DNA from: a virus
IMG/VR virus record: IMGVR_UViG_3300045988_146774
Span: 64,001-128,000 of that record
Length of the DNA: 64,000 bases
Direction: 5' to 3' (one strand)
Shown here: positions 28,958 through 38,617 of the stretch, piece by piece
How positions within the stretch are numbered: the first letter of the stretch is position 1
Layout: each line of letters starts with the position of its first letter
Notes under the pieces: generated by a model
What the model saw: only the letters and a program-made list of their open reading frames with translations
Database searches by the model: none
What the model was told of the DNA's origin: nothing
Position numbers and translations under genes: made by a program

Positions 28958-30535
28958 ATGTACAAGATGGAACAAACAACCACATATGATGATAATCTTG
29001 ACGAAATTCAGTGCGGACATCTTACTTGTGACGAAATAAGTACGCTTCGTTTGAATGATGTCTTAAAAGAGTCAGGAAAATACATTTTTCAAACAAAAAT
29101 GAAATCCAAGTCCTCTTCTGCTGTTGTTTTATCTATAACAAATCAAGAATGTACTTTTAATACAACTCCAACATGGCAGAAGTTCGTAAATAAATTTGAC
29201 AGTATTGATACAACGACTCGAAAATATATAGAACTTACTTTTCCGCCTGGTGAATATTGGTTTTATCATACAAAACTTGAAGTCGGCTCTGTTCCTACTG
29301 TTTGGTCAGAAGCTACAGAAGACATTAATTATAAGCTTACAACTATATATTCTCAATTCACTCAAAGGGCTGATGGTATAGAAGCAGTTGTTGGTCAAAA
29401 GCAAGATGCAAATATTACATCCGTTAGATATATTCGTGATTGGCTGGATGGAAATAATGTTGACAACAAGAACTATTGGGGTGAAATTAACGTAATTACG
29501 CATGATGGAGAAAATGTATTAGATAGTTCTCTTATTAGATTGCAAGCGAAAAACGAAGCTTTAAGTACAATAATGATTAATGATATAGAAAGAATTAAAG
29601 ATGGAACATTGTCATCTTACACAATTGATAGTGATGGGAATACTGTATATCATTATTCAGAAGATGACTATGTTATCAACACCGGGAAAGCATGTATCGA
29701 AATTGATCTTGGTCAAATATATAATGATATCGACTATATTCGCATATGGCATAGATTCGCTGACGGTAAATTCGTTTTTAATCATAAACTCCAAACTTCT
29801 ATAGATGGTGTCACATGGGTAACATTATATGACAGCAGTATAACTGGTGGATATGAAGAATCTGTTGATGGTAAATTATACTATCTAAACGAATCTAATA
29901 TCATTTCTTCCATGAACAAATTAAGCATGACACTTAACGAAACAAGGTCACAATTATCTGATACTTCTGGTAATTTAAGTACATTGACACAAACAGTAAA
30001 AGGAATCAATGAGACTGTTTCTAAAAACTATGAAGATGCAAATAGTGCATTGGTAAAATTACGGGAAGATTTGAATGCAAAGATATCAGAAACAGAAAAG
30101 GCATTGGCTAACTTCCGAATTGAAGCAGGTAATATATATGCAACCGCTGAATCAGTGGATAAAAATAATAATAAATTAGCGTCATTAATCCAACAGAGTT
30201 CTAATGGATGGGAAGCTTTATTTGCCGAACTTAATATGGGTGAAAACAAAGGTAAATATAATATTCAGACAAATATCACGCTTAACAAAAATGGTATAAC
30301 AGTTACCAACCCAATTACAGGACAAACCACACAAATGACGATCGATCAATTTTGTGGATTATATCATGGAGAAAAAGTATTCTGGATAGATAAAGATACA
30401 ACGAAAACACGAAGGTTGCTGTGTGAAAAAGGATGGGATACTGATTATATCAAAATGACGACGAATGCATATAAGTATGCTAATGGAACAGTTGTAAAAG
30501 GAGTTGCATTTGTTAAGTCTGGAGGTACAAGTTAA
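28958..30535 (+). CDS. tail fibre / receptor-binding protein with discoidin (F5/8 type C)-like domain and coiled coil
   Basis: AAGGAGGTGA RBS. 525 aa. ..IEIDLGQIYNDIDYIRIWHRFADGKFVFNHKLQTSIDGVTWVTLYD is discoidin/galactose-binding-like. It is followed by a heptad-rich segment. Confidence 0.55.
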   Translation: MYKMEQTTTYDDNLDEIQCGHLTCDEISTLRLNDVLKESGKYIFQTKMKSKSSSAVVLSITNQECTFNTTPTWQKFVNKFDSIDTTTRKYIELTFPPGEYWFYHTKLEVGSVPTVWSEATEDINYKLTTIYSQFTQRADGIEAVVGQKQDANITSVRYIRDWLDGNNVDNKNYWGEINVITHDGENVLDSSLIRLQAKNEALSTIMINDIERIKDGTLSSYTIDSDGNTVYHYSEDDYVINTGKACIEIDLGQIYNDIDYIRIWHRFADGKFVFNHKLQTSIDGVTWVTLYDSSITGGYEESVDGKLYYLNESNIISSMNKLSMTLNETRSQLSDTSGNLSTLTQTVKGINETVSKNYEDANSALVKLREDLNAKISETEKALANFRIEAGNIYATAESVDKNNNKLASLIQQSSNGWEALFAELNMGENKGKYNIQTNITLNKNGITVTNPITGQTTQMTIDQFCGLYHGEKVFWIDKDTTKTRRLLCEKGWDTDYIKMTTNAYKYANGTVVKGVAFVKSGGTS

Positions 30536-30542
30536 TTTTTAT

Positions 30543-30568
30543 GAGAGGTTTAATTACCTCTCTTTTTT
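30543..30568 (+). terminator. rho-independent terminator
   Basis: gagaggt 30543-30549 pairs with acctctc 30556-30562, followed by tttttt. Confidence 0.7.
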
Positions 30569-30592
30569 AATTTAGAAAGATGAGGTGATTGA

Positions 30593-32605
30593 ATGGCAAG
30601 TGGTTCATGGACATTTGGGACAAGGAATAGTTATATTCAAGGATGGGTTAATTGGTCTTCTTCAAGCAATGGATCCTCTGCGAATAGTTCAAATGTTAGC
30701 GTAGCTGTATATTTTAGAAGAACAAATTATGGATATACAAGTTACGGAAAAGTTAACACATATTGTGTAATCAATGGTGGCAGCCAGAAAAACGAAACTG
30801 GTTTTTCGGTGTCGATGTCTGATCCAAACAAATGGATATTGGTATATGCAAAAAATTGGACGGTTGGACACAATTCGGATGGCTCTAAGCAGATTAATAT
30901 TCGTGTTTGGGGAAATGGTAACTTTTCTATTGGTTCGTATGATACGAATAAAACTGTGACATTAGACAAAATTCCAAGATATACATCTATCAAAACTTGG
31001 TCTGTTGCTGAAGTTGGAAAAACATACGCTAAAATGAATTGGGGAACAGCGGATACGGTAGACTGGGTAAGAGTATATCTTAATGACTCTTCTCAATGGA
31101 CTGATAATCCTGGCTCTGTTAATGGGACTTCTGGTTCATTTGTTTATACTGGAGCTGCATCTTCCGGTGCAAGTATACCAAGCGTAAGTACATTAAAACC
31201 GGGAACGACATATAAACTTAAATGTTGGGTAAAAAGAAAAGATTCTCAATTGAGTACGACTTCTTCCAATATTGAATTTACTACAAAATCTGTAGCTTCA
31301 ATTTCTAACTTGAATGAAGGATTTTCTTACAATATAGGAGACGATCTTAATTTAACATTTGATAATTCTTCTGAAAACAAATCATGGTTAGCTTTTTATA
31401 TAAAAGATGAATCTGATAACTGGGAAGAAATTTTAAAAACAGACGAAGTTATTCAAGCGAATTCGTATACATGGCAGTTGTCAAATTATGCTTCTATCTT
31501 CTATTCCAAACTTCCAAACGATAATTCTAAGAAATGTAAAATTGAATGTGGAACAACAATTACAGAAAATAAACAAACTATAAGTTGTATCTCAAGTAAA
31601 TTTGTAGGTACTATCAATGTTAAAAATTCTAATCCAGTATTTACAGATTTTAATTATGGCGACGAAGACACCTCTACGCAAGCTGTATTAGGCAATAAAA
31701 CATACATGATAAAAAACTATGGCTCAATGAAAGTAAGAATCCCAGTTGCTAAAAAAGCAGTTGCTAAAAATGGAGCCTCGATAATTAAATATATAATATC
31801 TGTTGATGGAGTTGCTATTGATTCGTATGAGAAAAAGTATAGCGATAGTTCAGAAATTTTGTGCGAGCTTGGTAAATATAACATAGATGGAATTGGAACA
31901 ATTAGTATTTATGCTATTGATTCAAGAGGTAATGTTTCTGATACAGTTAAAAAATCTTTTACTGTATTACCATATTCTCTTCCTCGATTTTCTGTAATTA
32001 ATTTAAAACGTCTTAATGATTATGAATCAGAAATCGTCTTAGACTTTCAAGGAGTTATTTCAAAACTTTCAGTTAACAATGTTGAAAAGAATACAATAAA
32101 AACTGTTGGATATAGATATGCAGAAGAGGGGAGTTCGTATCCTACTAATTTTTCTGTAATTAATGGAGTTACTATATCTTCTACTTCTTCAGAATATATT
32201 TTATCTTTTGTTCAAAACACAAGTGATGATACTTTTGGGATTACTGGTTCTGGATCAAGCAAATTAGTTTTGGATAATAACAAGTCTTATAATTTTCAAT
32301 TTTATATTAGAGATTCTTTTTCAAATGAAGACCATTATGAGTTAAATATTGAGCAAGGCGTTCCAATTATGTTTATTGGAGACAATAACCAAGTATCAGT
32401 TGGAATGATTCCAGATATTACAAGAGATGAAAAATTTCAAGTTGCTACAGATATCCTTGCTACAAATGCGAATGGTGAACTAGTCGGAATTTTGGATTTG
32501 ATAAGTAAGATGATTATTCCTAGCGACATTGAACCAGAAGACCAACCAAATGGAGGATTCTGGTTAAAGACAAGTACTATAGGAGAGGAGAATATAGTTG
32601 GATAG
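30593..32605 (+). CDS. minor structural/tail protein with DUF859-like N-terminus and FN3 domain
   Basis: 670 aa. The N-terminus (..WSSSSNGSSANSSNVSVAVYFRR..) is typical of siphovirus DUF859 proteins as I recall them. An FN3-like segment follows (..YAKMNWGTADTVDWVRVYL...LKPGTTYKLKCWV). Confidence 0.5.
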   Translation: MASGSWTFGTRNSYIQGWVNWSSSSNGSSANSSNVSVAVYFRRTNYGYTSYGKVNTYCVINGGSQKNETGFSVSMSDPNKWILVYAKNWTVGHNSDGSKQINIRVWGNGNFSIGSYDTNKTVTLDKIPRYTSIKTWSVAEVGKTYAKMNWGTADTVDWVRVYLNDSSQWTDNPGSVNGTSGSFVYTGAASSGASIPSVSTLKPGTTYKLKCWVKRKDSQLSTTSSNIEFTTKSVASISNLNEGFSYNIGDDLNLTFDNSSENKSWLAFYIKDESDNWEEILKTDEVIQANSYTWQLSNYASIFYSKLPNDNSKKCKIECGTTITENKQTISCISSKFVGTINVKNSNPVFTDFNYGDEDTSTQAVLGNKTYMIKNYGSMKVRIPVAKKAVAKNGASIIKYIISVDGVAIDSYEKKYSDSSEILCELGKYNIDGIGTISIYAIDSRGNVSDTVKKSFTVLPYSLPRFSVINLKRLNDYESEIVLDFQGVISKLSVNNVEKNTIKTVGYRYAEEGSSYPTNFSVINGVTISSTSSEYILSFVQNTSDDTFGITGSGSSKLVLDNNKSYNFQFYIRDSFSNEDHYELNIEQGVPIMFIGDNNQVSVGMIPDITRDEKFQVATDILATNANGELVGILDLISKMIIPSDIEPEDQPNGGFWLKTSTIGEENIVG

Positions 32606-33485
32606 ATATTTAAGATTGCCAAATGGTAAAAAAATAAAATATTATAATTTTGCAATTACTAATGCATTGATTGTAAAATTTATTGACGCAGATATAAAAG
32701 AATTAAAATCATTCTTCGGGACGGATATCATTGATTATATTGATATTGTAGATGAAACTGATAACATATTAGAAAATCATAATCTCTATATGAAAAGGAC
32801 TTCTATCTTAACAGAGTCATCTTTTATTGTTGAATATGAAGATCGTGTTGTAAAAGAAGCATGGACGGATGAAGACGGAGTTGAGCATCCGGCAGAAACA
32901 GAAAAAATATCAAAGGAAATTCCTTGTGATATAACTACTGTTATTTTAGAGAAACCTTCTGTGTCGGAAGAATTAGATAATGTGAAATCAATTGTTGGAA
33001 TTGTAAACCCAAACAATATGACATTGGATGAGTTTAAAGATTATTATAAAACGCAAATTGGGAAAGAATGTACTGCTGCGATTGAAAATGGTGTTGATGT
33101 AGAAACAACGCTTGGTAAGAAACATTTTTCTTATACAATTGAAGATCAAAGCAATGTAAAAGATTTGATTATAACTGCTATTTTTACTGATTTTACTCTT
33201 CCACTTCCGTATCATGCTGATGGCGAATTGTGTACTTTATATCAGCCAAACGACATTCAGAATATCTACATGTCTTTATGTTCAAATAAAACTTATCATA
33301 CAACTTATTGCAATGTTTTAAATGCCATGATTAATGAAGCAAAAGATCTTGTGTCTGTAAAAGCAATTACATATGGCATGGAAATTACAGATGAAAAGTA
33401 TCTTGAAGTAATGACAAAGATTAATGAATCTAAAGATGCATTGCTTGCATATGTTGAAAAGAAATTTAATACAAGTGGTGAATAA
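32598..33485 (+). CDS. DUF4376-like protein (tail-fibre accessory/chaperone-like), copy 2
   Basis: TTG start overlaps the upstream stop, after GGAGAGGAG. The C-terminal region is paralogous to 27821..28471. Confidence 0.45.
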   Translation: MDRYLRLPNGKKIKYYNFAITNALIVKFIDADIKELKSFFGTDIIDYIDIVDETDNILENHNLYMKRTSILTESSFIVEYEDRVVKEAWTDEDGVEHPAETEKISKEIPCDITTVILEKPSVSEELDNVKSIVGIVNPNNMTLDEFKDYYKTQIGKECTAAIENGVDVETTLGKKHFSYTIEDQSNVKDLIITAIFTDFTLPLPYHADGELCTLYQPNDIQNIYMSLCSNKTYHTTYCNVLNAMINEAKDLVSVKAITYGMEITDEKYLEVMTKINESKDALLAYVEKKFNTSGE

Positions 33486-33487
33486 AT

Positions 33488-33970
33488 ATGAATAAAATAA
33501 AATATTATTTAAAACGAATTTTTTGTCATGTATTTATATTCTTATTCTCTGGTACGGTTTATTACTTAATGGAAGTTTTATTTAAAGATGCTCATAGTTC
33601 TCATTGGACAATGTTCTTATTAGCTGGATTCTCAGCATTGTTTTTCATTGATGGATTAAATGATTTATTTGGATATGATATGGATTATTTATTGCAATGC
33701 ATTATTTGTGCTACCGCAATAACAATTGGAGAATTATGCGTTGGTTTAATCTGGAATTTTGATTATGGAATATGGGACTATCGTAATATGCCATTAAATT
33801 TTAAAGGGCAAATATGTTTGCCATTTTATTTTTTATGGGTGTTATTATCTGCAATTTTTATTCCTGTGCTGGATTATATCGAATGGAAATGGTTTAACTA
33901 TGAAGTCGATAATCCTCCATATTATAAAATTTTTGGAAAAGTTATATTTAGATTTGGTGGTGATAGATAA
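33488..33970 (+). CDS. polytopic membrane protein (DUF1113/CmpB-like); possible holin-like role by position
   Basis: 160 aa with 4-5 hydrophobic helices. ..GELCVGLIWNFDYGIWDYRNMPLNFKGQICLPFYFLW resembles the family annotated as putative ABC-transporter type IV. It lies two genes upstream of the endolysin. Confidence 0.5.
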   Translation: MNKIKYYLKRIFCHVFIFLFSGTVYYLMEVLFKDAHSSHWTMFLLAGFSALFFIDGLNDLFGYDMDYLLQCIICATAITIGELCVGLIWNFDYGIWDYRNMPLNFKGQICLPFYFLWVLLSAIFIPVLDYIEWKWFNYEVDNPPYYKIFGKVIFRFGGDR

Positions 33971-34441
33971 ATGGCAATATTAGCTCAAAAGAAGAGAATA
34001 AAACTTTTGTTTAAAATTGTAACAGGTTATGTAAAATATCTTTTATCATCAGAGTATGTTGTTATGAATGACGATATTGATTTAGAGACAACGATAACTA
34101 ATATTAGAAATGATATAGGTAGTAAATACAAATGGACAAAACTTTGTGAATTAGCTGGTAATAGTGCAACATCTAAAACATTTACAGTAAAAAATTTACG
34201 TAATTATTCTGAAATATTGTTGACATGTGGTCCCGCCGTTGCTTATCAAACGGGTAGAATTTTATCTTCAACAGTTATTCCAATAGCAAATTGGAATTGG
34301 TCAACAAGTGACTATAATAGCGGTGCATTCCAAGCAGTATATGATGGAAAAACATATGTTGCTGGTGTTTCTAGGATGTCTGATACATCCGTAAAATTAT
34401 ATGCAAATACAAAAACAGTTGCTGGTTTATTTGTTCGATAA
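33971..34441 (+). CDS. hypothetical protein (156 aa)
   Basis: ATG abuts the upstream stop (TAAATG). No motif recognised. Confidence 0.5.
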   Translation: MAILAQKKRIKLLFKIVTGYVKYLLSSEYVVMNDDIDLETTITNIRNDIGSKYKWTKLCELAGNSATSKTFTVKNLRNYSEILLTCGPAVAYQTGRILSSTVIPIANWNWSTSDYNSGAFQAVYDGKTYVAGVSRMSDTSVKLYANTKTVAGLFVR

Positions 34442-34540
34442 TTACGATAATTATTTTTTTTTTGATCACTCTAAGAGTCAAGTTTAAAAGCTTGGCTCTT
34501 TTTATTTTGCAATTTTTTACAATGAAAGGAGAATTTCATT

Positions 34541-35698
34541 ATGAATATTATTGAGACAAATTTAAAATTTGGGGCAATGACTAACAGAAAATCAACGAGT
34601 AGAATCATTCTGCATCATGCAGAAGCAAGTCATTGTACAGCAGCAGATATTCATCGTTGGCATTTAAATAATGGATGGGCTGGAGCTGGCTATCATTTTC
34701 TTGTAAGGAAAGATGGATCAATTTATAGATTGCGTCCAGAAAATAAAGTTGGCTCTCATGCGAAAGGTGCTAACTCAAATAGTATTGGAATCTGTTTTGA
34801 GGGAGCATACATGACAGAAACCATGCCACGGGCACAGATCAATGCCGGAAAGGAATTAGTGGCTTACTTAAAAAGTAAATATGGAATTTCGAAAGTACAG
34901 AGACATAGTGATGTTTATCCTACAAGTTGCCCAGGAACTAATTTCCCATTTGATGAAATTGCAGGTGCTTCCGGTAAAGTAAATGCGAACGTAATAAAGA
35001 ATAATTCTAATAATAACTCTTCTACTCTTTTAAAGGTTGGAAGTCGTGGAGCTTCTGTACAGGATGTTCAGAAAAAGTTAGTTGCTTTAGGATATAATGT
35101 TGGATCAACTGGAGCCGATGGTATTTTTGGTAATGCCACAAAAAATGCTGTTATTAAGTTCCAAGGCTCTGTTAGAATTTCAAAAGATGGCATCGTTGGT
35201 TCACAAACTCTTGCGAAATTAAATGAAGCATATAATAACAGAAATAAAGGACAGTCTGTTACTTCTACTACTTCTTATACAGGCAAAGATTATGTAAGAA
35301 AAGCTCAGGTACATATGAACAATTTTGCCGGTGCTGGTTTAGCAACTGACGGATTATGGGGAGCAAATAGTAGAAAAGGTCTTGTTAAATGTTTACAGAG
35401 AGCATTGAATAAAGATTATAAATTAAAATTAGGCGAAGATGGAATTAGAGGCAATGCCACTAATAACGCTCTTGGAAACCATTATGTAAAACGTGCTGAG
35501 ACTCAGTATCTTGTAACATTTGTTGAGATTGGATTAATGGCACTTGGATATTACAATAGTTCTGTAGAAGCTCCGGGAGTATTTGGTGGTGGATTAGAGA
35601 CTGCTGTTAGAAACTTCCAGTCAGCTCATGGATTAGTTTGCGATGGTATTGCTGGCAAAGGTACTATCTTAAAGATTCTTGCATGTCTTGGATGCTAA
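34541..35698 (+). CDS. endolysin: N-acetylmuramoyl-L-alanine amidase (Amidase_2/PGRP) with PG_binding_1 repeats
   Basis: ILHHAEAS..IHRWHLNNGWAGAGYHFLV..GSHAKGANSNSIGICFEG..HSDVYPTSCPG. Three repeats of the type G.RG..V..VQ..L...GY..G..DGIFG..T..AV..FQ follow. Confidence 0.9.
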   Translation: MNIIETNLKFGAMTNRKSTSRIILHHAEASHCTAADIHRWHLNNGWAGAGYHFLVRKDGSIYRLRPENKVGSHAKGANSNSIGICFEGAYMTETMPRAQINAGKELVAYLKSKYGISKVQRHSDVYPTSCPGTNFPFDEIAGASGKVNANVIKNNSNNNSSTLLKVGSRGASVQDVQKKLVALGYNVGSTGADGIFGNATKNAVIKFQGSVRISKDGIVGSQTLAKLNEAYNNRNKGQSVTSTTSYTGKDYVRKAQVHMNNFAGAGLATDGLWGANSRKGLVKCLQRALNKDYKLKLGEDGIRGNATNNALGNHYVKRAETQYLVTFVEIGLMALGYYNSSVEAPGVFGGGLETAVRNFQSAHGLVCDGIAGKGTILKILACLGC

Positions 35699-35713
35699 AA
35701 TTAGATATAATTA

Positions 35714-35747
35714 TAGGGAATGGCTTAATCGTCATTCCCTATTTTTT
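35714..35747. terminator. terminator hairpin between convergent endolysin and integrase genes
   Basis: tagggaatg 35714-35722 pairs with cattcccta 35733-35741, followed by tttttt on the + strand. Confidence 0.65.
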
Positions 35748-35755
35748 ACGATTTT

Positions 35756-37093
35756 CTATTCAAATATTTCTTTAAGTTTTAAATATGCTTCATACAATTC
35801 TTGATTTTCTTTTGTTACGTTTTTTGGAAGTTTTTCATCTTCTTTTTTATAATCTGCGAGGATAGCTTGAGAAGGAGTCGTCACAGAACTAAGTCCCTCT
35901 TCTGTTGCATGTGTGTAAATGTTTTCTACACTGATGGCATTATGACCCATCATTAATGCGGTATTAATTACATTTGCTCCTTTTGATGAATTGGCAATTG
36001 TATCCATAGTATGTCTAAGAGAATGAATGCTTAATCCTCTCATTCCATTTCTTGTCATATGGACATCTCTGTCTACGCCAAGTTTGTCACAAAGAGTTTT
36101 AAATCCAACTTCTATCGTTTCATGAGTTCTTCTTTTGCCAGTGCTAAATACAGGGTAAAGTAAGTTGTCTGGATTATTTTTACAATAGATTTTCGTTTGT
36201 TCCATCATATATTGAGCACATTCTTTGGCTAAAGAAGACATGATAATAAATCTTGGTTTAGTATTTTTAGGAACCTTTGTATATCTTTCCAATCCTTTTG
36301 TTTTATCATTATCTATATATCTTGTTGCTTGAGATTCTACAACATATATTTTATTATTCTCGAAATCTATGTTGTCATTTCTAAGAGATGAAAATTCTCC
36401 AGATCTCAATCCTGTTTCAAGAATGAACATAACGACTACTGCATATTGCCCCATGTTATTTTTGTATGCATAATAAAATTTTTCGATGTCCTCTGGAGTA
36501 AATACTTCTTTTCTGTTTTTAACTTCTTCGTCTAATTTTTTGTCATATTCATCAATAATTTCTTTTTTTACTCTTGCTTGTTCTGCATAATTTTCTTTCA
36601 GAAGACTTCTATTGACTAACCATTTACAGCATCTTCGTGTTAATTGAATTGGGAAGCTGCAAGTTTTTCTGCTTTTTAATCCTAAAATAGTATCATAATA
36701 ACTTTCAAATTCTACTGCACTCAACATATGAAGTTGATATTTTGCTATTGGGAAATTATCAAAATTTGCCCTCATTGTATTAACATAGGAATGATACGTA
36801 CTTCCAGCAACAGTTGGTTTTACTTCTGTTTCTATATACTCATCCATATACTCACCGAAAGTTTTCTTTTTATCTACTTTGATATCTTTTCCCCTCTCGT
36901 ATTCCTTTTCCCAAGCATCTCTAGCCATTATAGATAATCGTCTTGCTTCTTTTTCTGTCTTGGCTGTTCGTTTAAATCTTTTTGGGTTTGCTGTTTTTGG
37001 ATTAAGATACTTTGCTTGGGTGATACATTCCCAAGAACCATTTTTTAATTGTCTGGTACTTCCTTCTCTGTTATCATTTTTATCCATTTTCAT
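35756..37093 (-). CDS. int: tyrosine recombinase / phage integrase
   Basis: 445 aa. TGLRSGEF (Arg box), HSLRHTMDT and GHNAISVENIYTH (catalytic Tyr region) form the tyrosine-recombinase signature. Confidence 0.85.
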   Translation of the reverse strand: MKMDKNDNREGSTRQLKNGSWECITQAKYLNPKTANPKRFKRTAKTEKEARRLSIMARDAWEKEYERGKDIKVDKKKTFGEYMDEYIETEVKPTVAGSTYHSYVNTMRANFDNFPIAKYQLHMLSAVEFESYYDTILGLKSRKTCSFPIQLTRRCCKWLVNRSLLKENYAEQARVKKEIIDEYDKKLDEEVKNRKEVFTPEDIEKFYYAYKNNMGQYAVVVMFILETGLRSGEFSSLRNDNIDFENNKIYVVESQATRYIDNDKTKGLERYTKVPKNTKPRFIIMSSLAKECAQYMMEQTKIYCKNNPDNLLYPVFSTGKRRTHETIEVGFKTLCDKLGVDRDVHMTRNGMRGLSIHSLRHTMDTIANSSKGANVINTALMMGHNAISVENIYTHATEEGLSSVTTPSQAILADYKKEDEKLPKNVTKENQELYEAYLKLKEIFE

Positions 37094-37099
37094 CCCTCC

Positions 37100-37386
37100 G
37101 ATATCACCATATCACTTTTTGAAAATTTAGTGATATCCTTCGCAAAAAGTGATATCACTTAGTGATATTGGAGTAATTATAAAACACCTCCAAACATATT
37201 TCAATACAGAATTTATTTCTATATTTACTATATTTGGAGGTGTTTTGATGTGTTTTATTTGTTTATGTTATACAAGATTAATGACTTATTTGTAGTTTAC
37301 GACTATAAGTACAACCACAGGATTTTCCCGTTTTTACTGCATTCTACAGTTATTTGATTATTATGGTGATATTTATGAGTGATATC
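37100..37386. promoter_or_regulatory. integrase-proximal control region: >=7 copies of (G)TGATAT(C/T) plus a 14-bp inverted repeat
   Basis: GATATCAC 37100, ATATCAC 37109, GTGATATC 37130, palindrome GTGATATCAC 37149-37158, GTGATATT 37162 and 37366, GTGATATC 37379. Inverted repeat aaaacacctccaaa 37181-37194 with tttggaggtgtttt 37233-37246. Confidence 0.5.
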
Positions 37387-37413
37387 TAAAACATTATGAA
37401 ACGACACAAAATG

Positions 37414-37719
37414 TTATATATACACTTCCTTTCCTGCCATTTTCTTCATAAAATTTTGATACGCTTCATAAGTGATATAATATTCTTTCCCGATTTTATT
37501 GCCATATCCCATCTGGAACATCACTTTCAAAATCTTTAAAGCTTTATTACTTTCACATTTATATAAACTCATAATATCACTTTTATTTATAATTTCTAAT
37601 TGATTATGTTTTAATTCTTCTATAGCCGTGTCTTTGTTAAAACATTGTTCAATTAGTTCTTCCTTGGTCATTCTATCATATAATCTTGTATTGTTCAAAC
37701 ATATTCCTCCGTAAAACAA
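37414..37719 (-). CDS. small DNA-binding (excisionase/HTH-like) protein, tentative; start uncertain
   Basis: C-terminal ..IMSLYKCESNKALKILKVMFQMGYGNKIGKEYYITYEAYQNFM looks like a winged-helix/HTH_17-type fold. It lies adjacent to the integrase control region. Confidence 0.35.
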   Translation of the reverse strand: MFYGGICLNNTRLYDRMTKEELIEQCFNKDTAIEELKHNQLEIINKSDIMSLYKCESNKALKILKVMFQMGYGNKIGKEYYITYEAYQNFMKKMAGKEVYI

Positions 37720-37776
37720 AATGCAAATAGGGTGATTTTAGTATCACCCAAATTTTTATGTTATTTACTTAATAGT

Positions 37777-38316
37777 TTAGTCTGTAGTACTTCCAAATCC
37801 ACCATTCCTTACGCCATCACAATTATCATCTGCTGTAATTCCATACTGCATAAACACCCCCTGTGCGAATCCTTTCCCGGAAGGAATATTAATTTCTTTA
37901 TCTCCACGATTTACAAGCTTAATCATAATATGCCCTTCATTATCAGAATAAAAATAATCAGAATCTATTAGTGCTAAAGTATTTGACAGCATCATCTGAT
38001 ATTTAAAACCAAGTCCACTTCTAGGCAAAATAAACAATGCATAATCTGGATTCATTTCACAGCGAATACCTGTAGGGATCGTAACTGATTTGCCCGGTTT
38101 GAGCCTAATATTCATAGGGGCAAAGAAATCATAACCGGCTGATCCTGTCGTAGCTCTTTCTGGCAATTCTAATTTATCATAAGCACTTTCAGCGAGATAC
38201 CAATGATTATCTGCACAGTCACTAAAAAACTGATCTTTACTTACTTTGTGGAATTTTGCCACTCTTCTTGCTGTGCTTGTCATGTTTACTTTTTCTGTTG
38301 TTTTTGTATTTTCCAT
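37777..38316 (-). CDS. dut: dUTP diphosphatase (trimeric dUTPase)
   Basis: GSAGYDFFAP, IPTGI, PRSGLG, IDSDY and GHIMIKLVN motifs. GGAGG RBS 9 nt upstream. Confidence 0.8.
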   Translation of the reverse strand: MENTKTTEKVNMTSTARRVAKFHKVSKDQFFSDCADNHWYLAESAYDKLELPERATTGSAGYDFFAPMNIRLKPGKSVTIPTGIRCEMNPDYALFILPRSGLGFKYQMMLSNTLALIDSDYFYSDNEGHIMIKLVNRGDKEINIPSGKGFAQGVFMQYGITADDNCDGVRNGGFGSTTD

Positions 38317-38617
38317 ATTTTTTAGCCTCCAAAATTTCTTCTTTTACCATTTCATTAATTACTTCATTTATAACCTTATCGATCTTTTCAACGACTTCGT
38401 TAATACCATATTCTCTGTCATAATATTGGGCATATATATTATTGTCTTTGTCTACTACTTGATAAGACCAGTCGTTATTATCTTCGTCAATTACCATTAA
38501 AAAATAAAACATATCCTTGTAGACATTGCATCTATACGTACCATTTTTGAATCCATTTTTACGAAGTTTTAGTGCAGTAAGATTTTTTGATAATTTATAT
38601 TTTTCTCGTTTAAGCAT
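38237..38617 (-). CDS. hypothetical protein (126 aa), 3' end overlaps dut
   Basis: ORF in the - strand operon. Lys-rich tail overlaps the dut start by 80 nt. No motif. Confidence 0.4.
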   Translation of the reverse strand: MLKREKYKLSKNLTALKLRKNGFKNGTYRCNVYKDMFYFLMVIDEDNNDWSYQVVDKDNNIYAQYYDREYGINEVVEKIDKVINEVINEMVKEEILEAKKYGKYKNNRKSKHDKHSKKSGKIPQSK

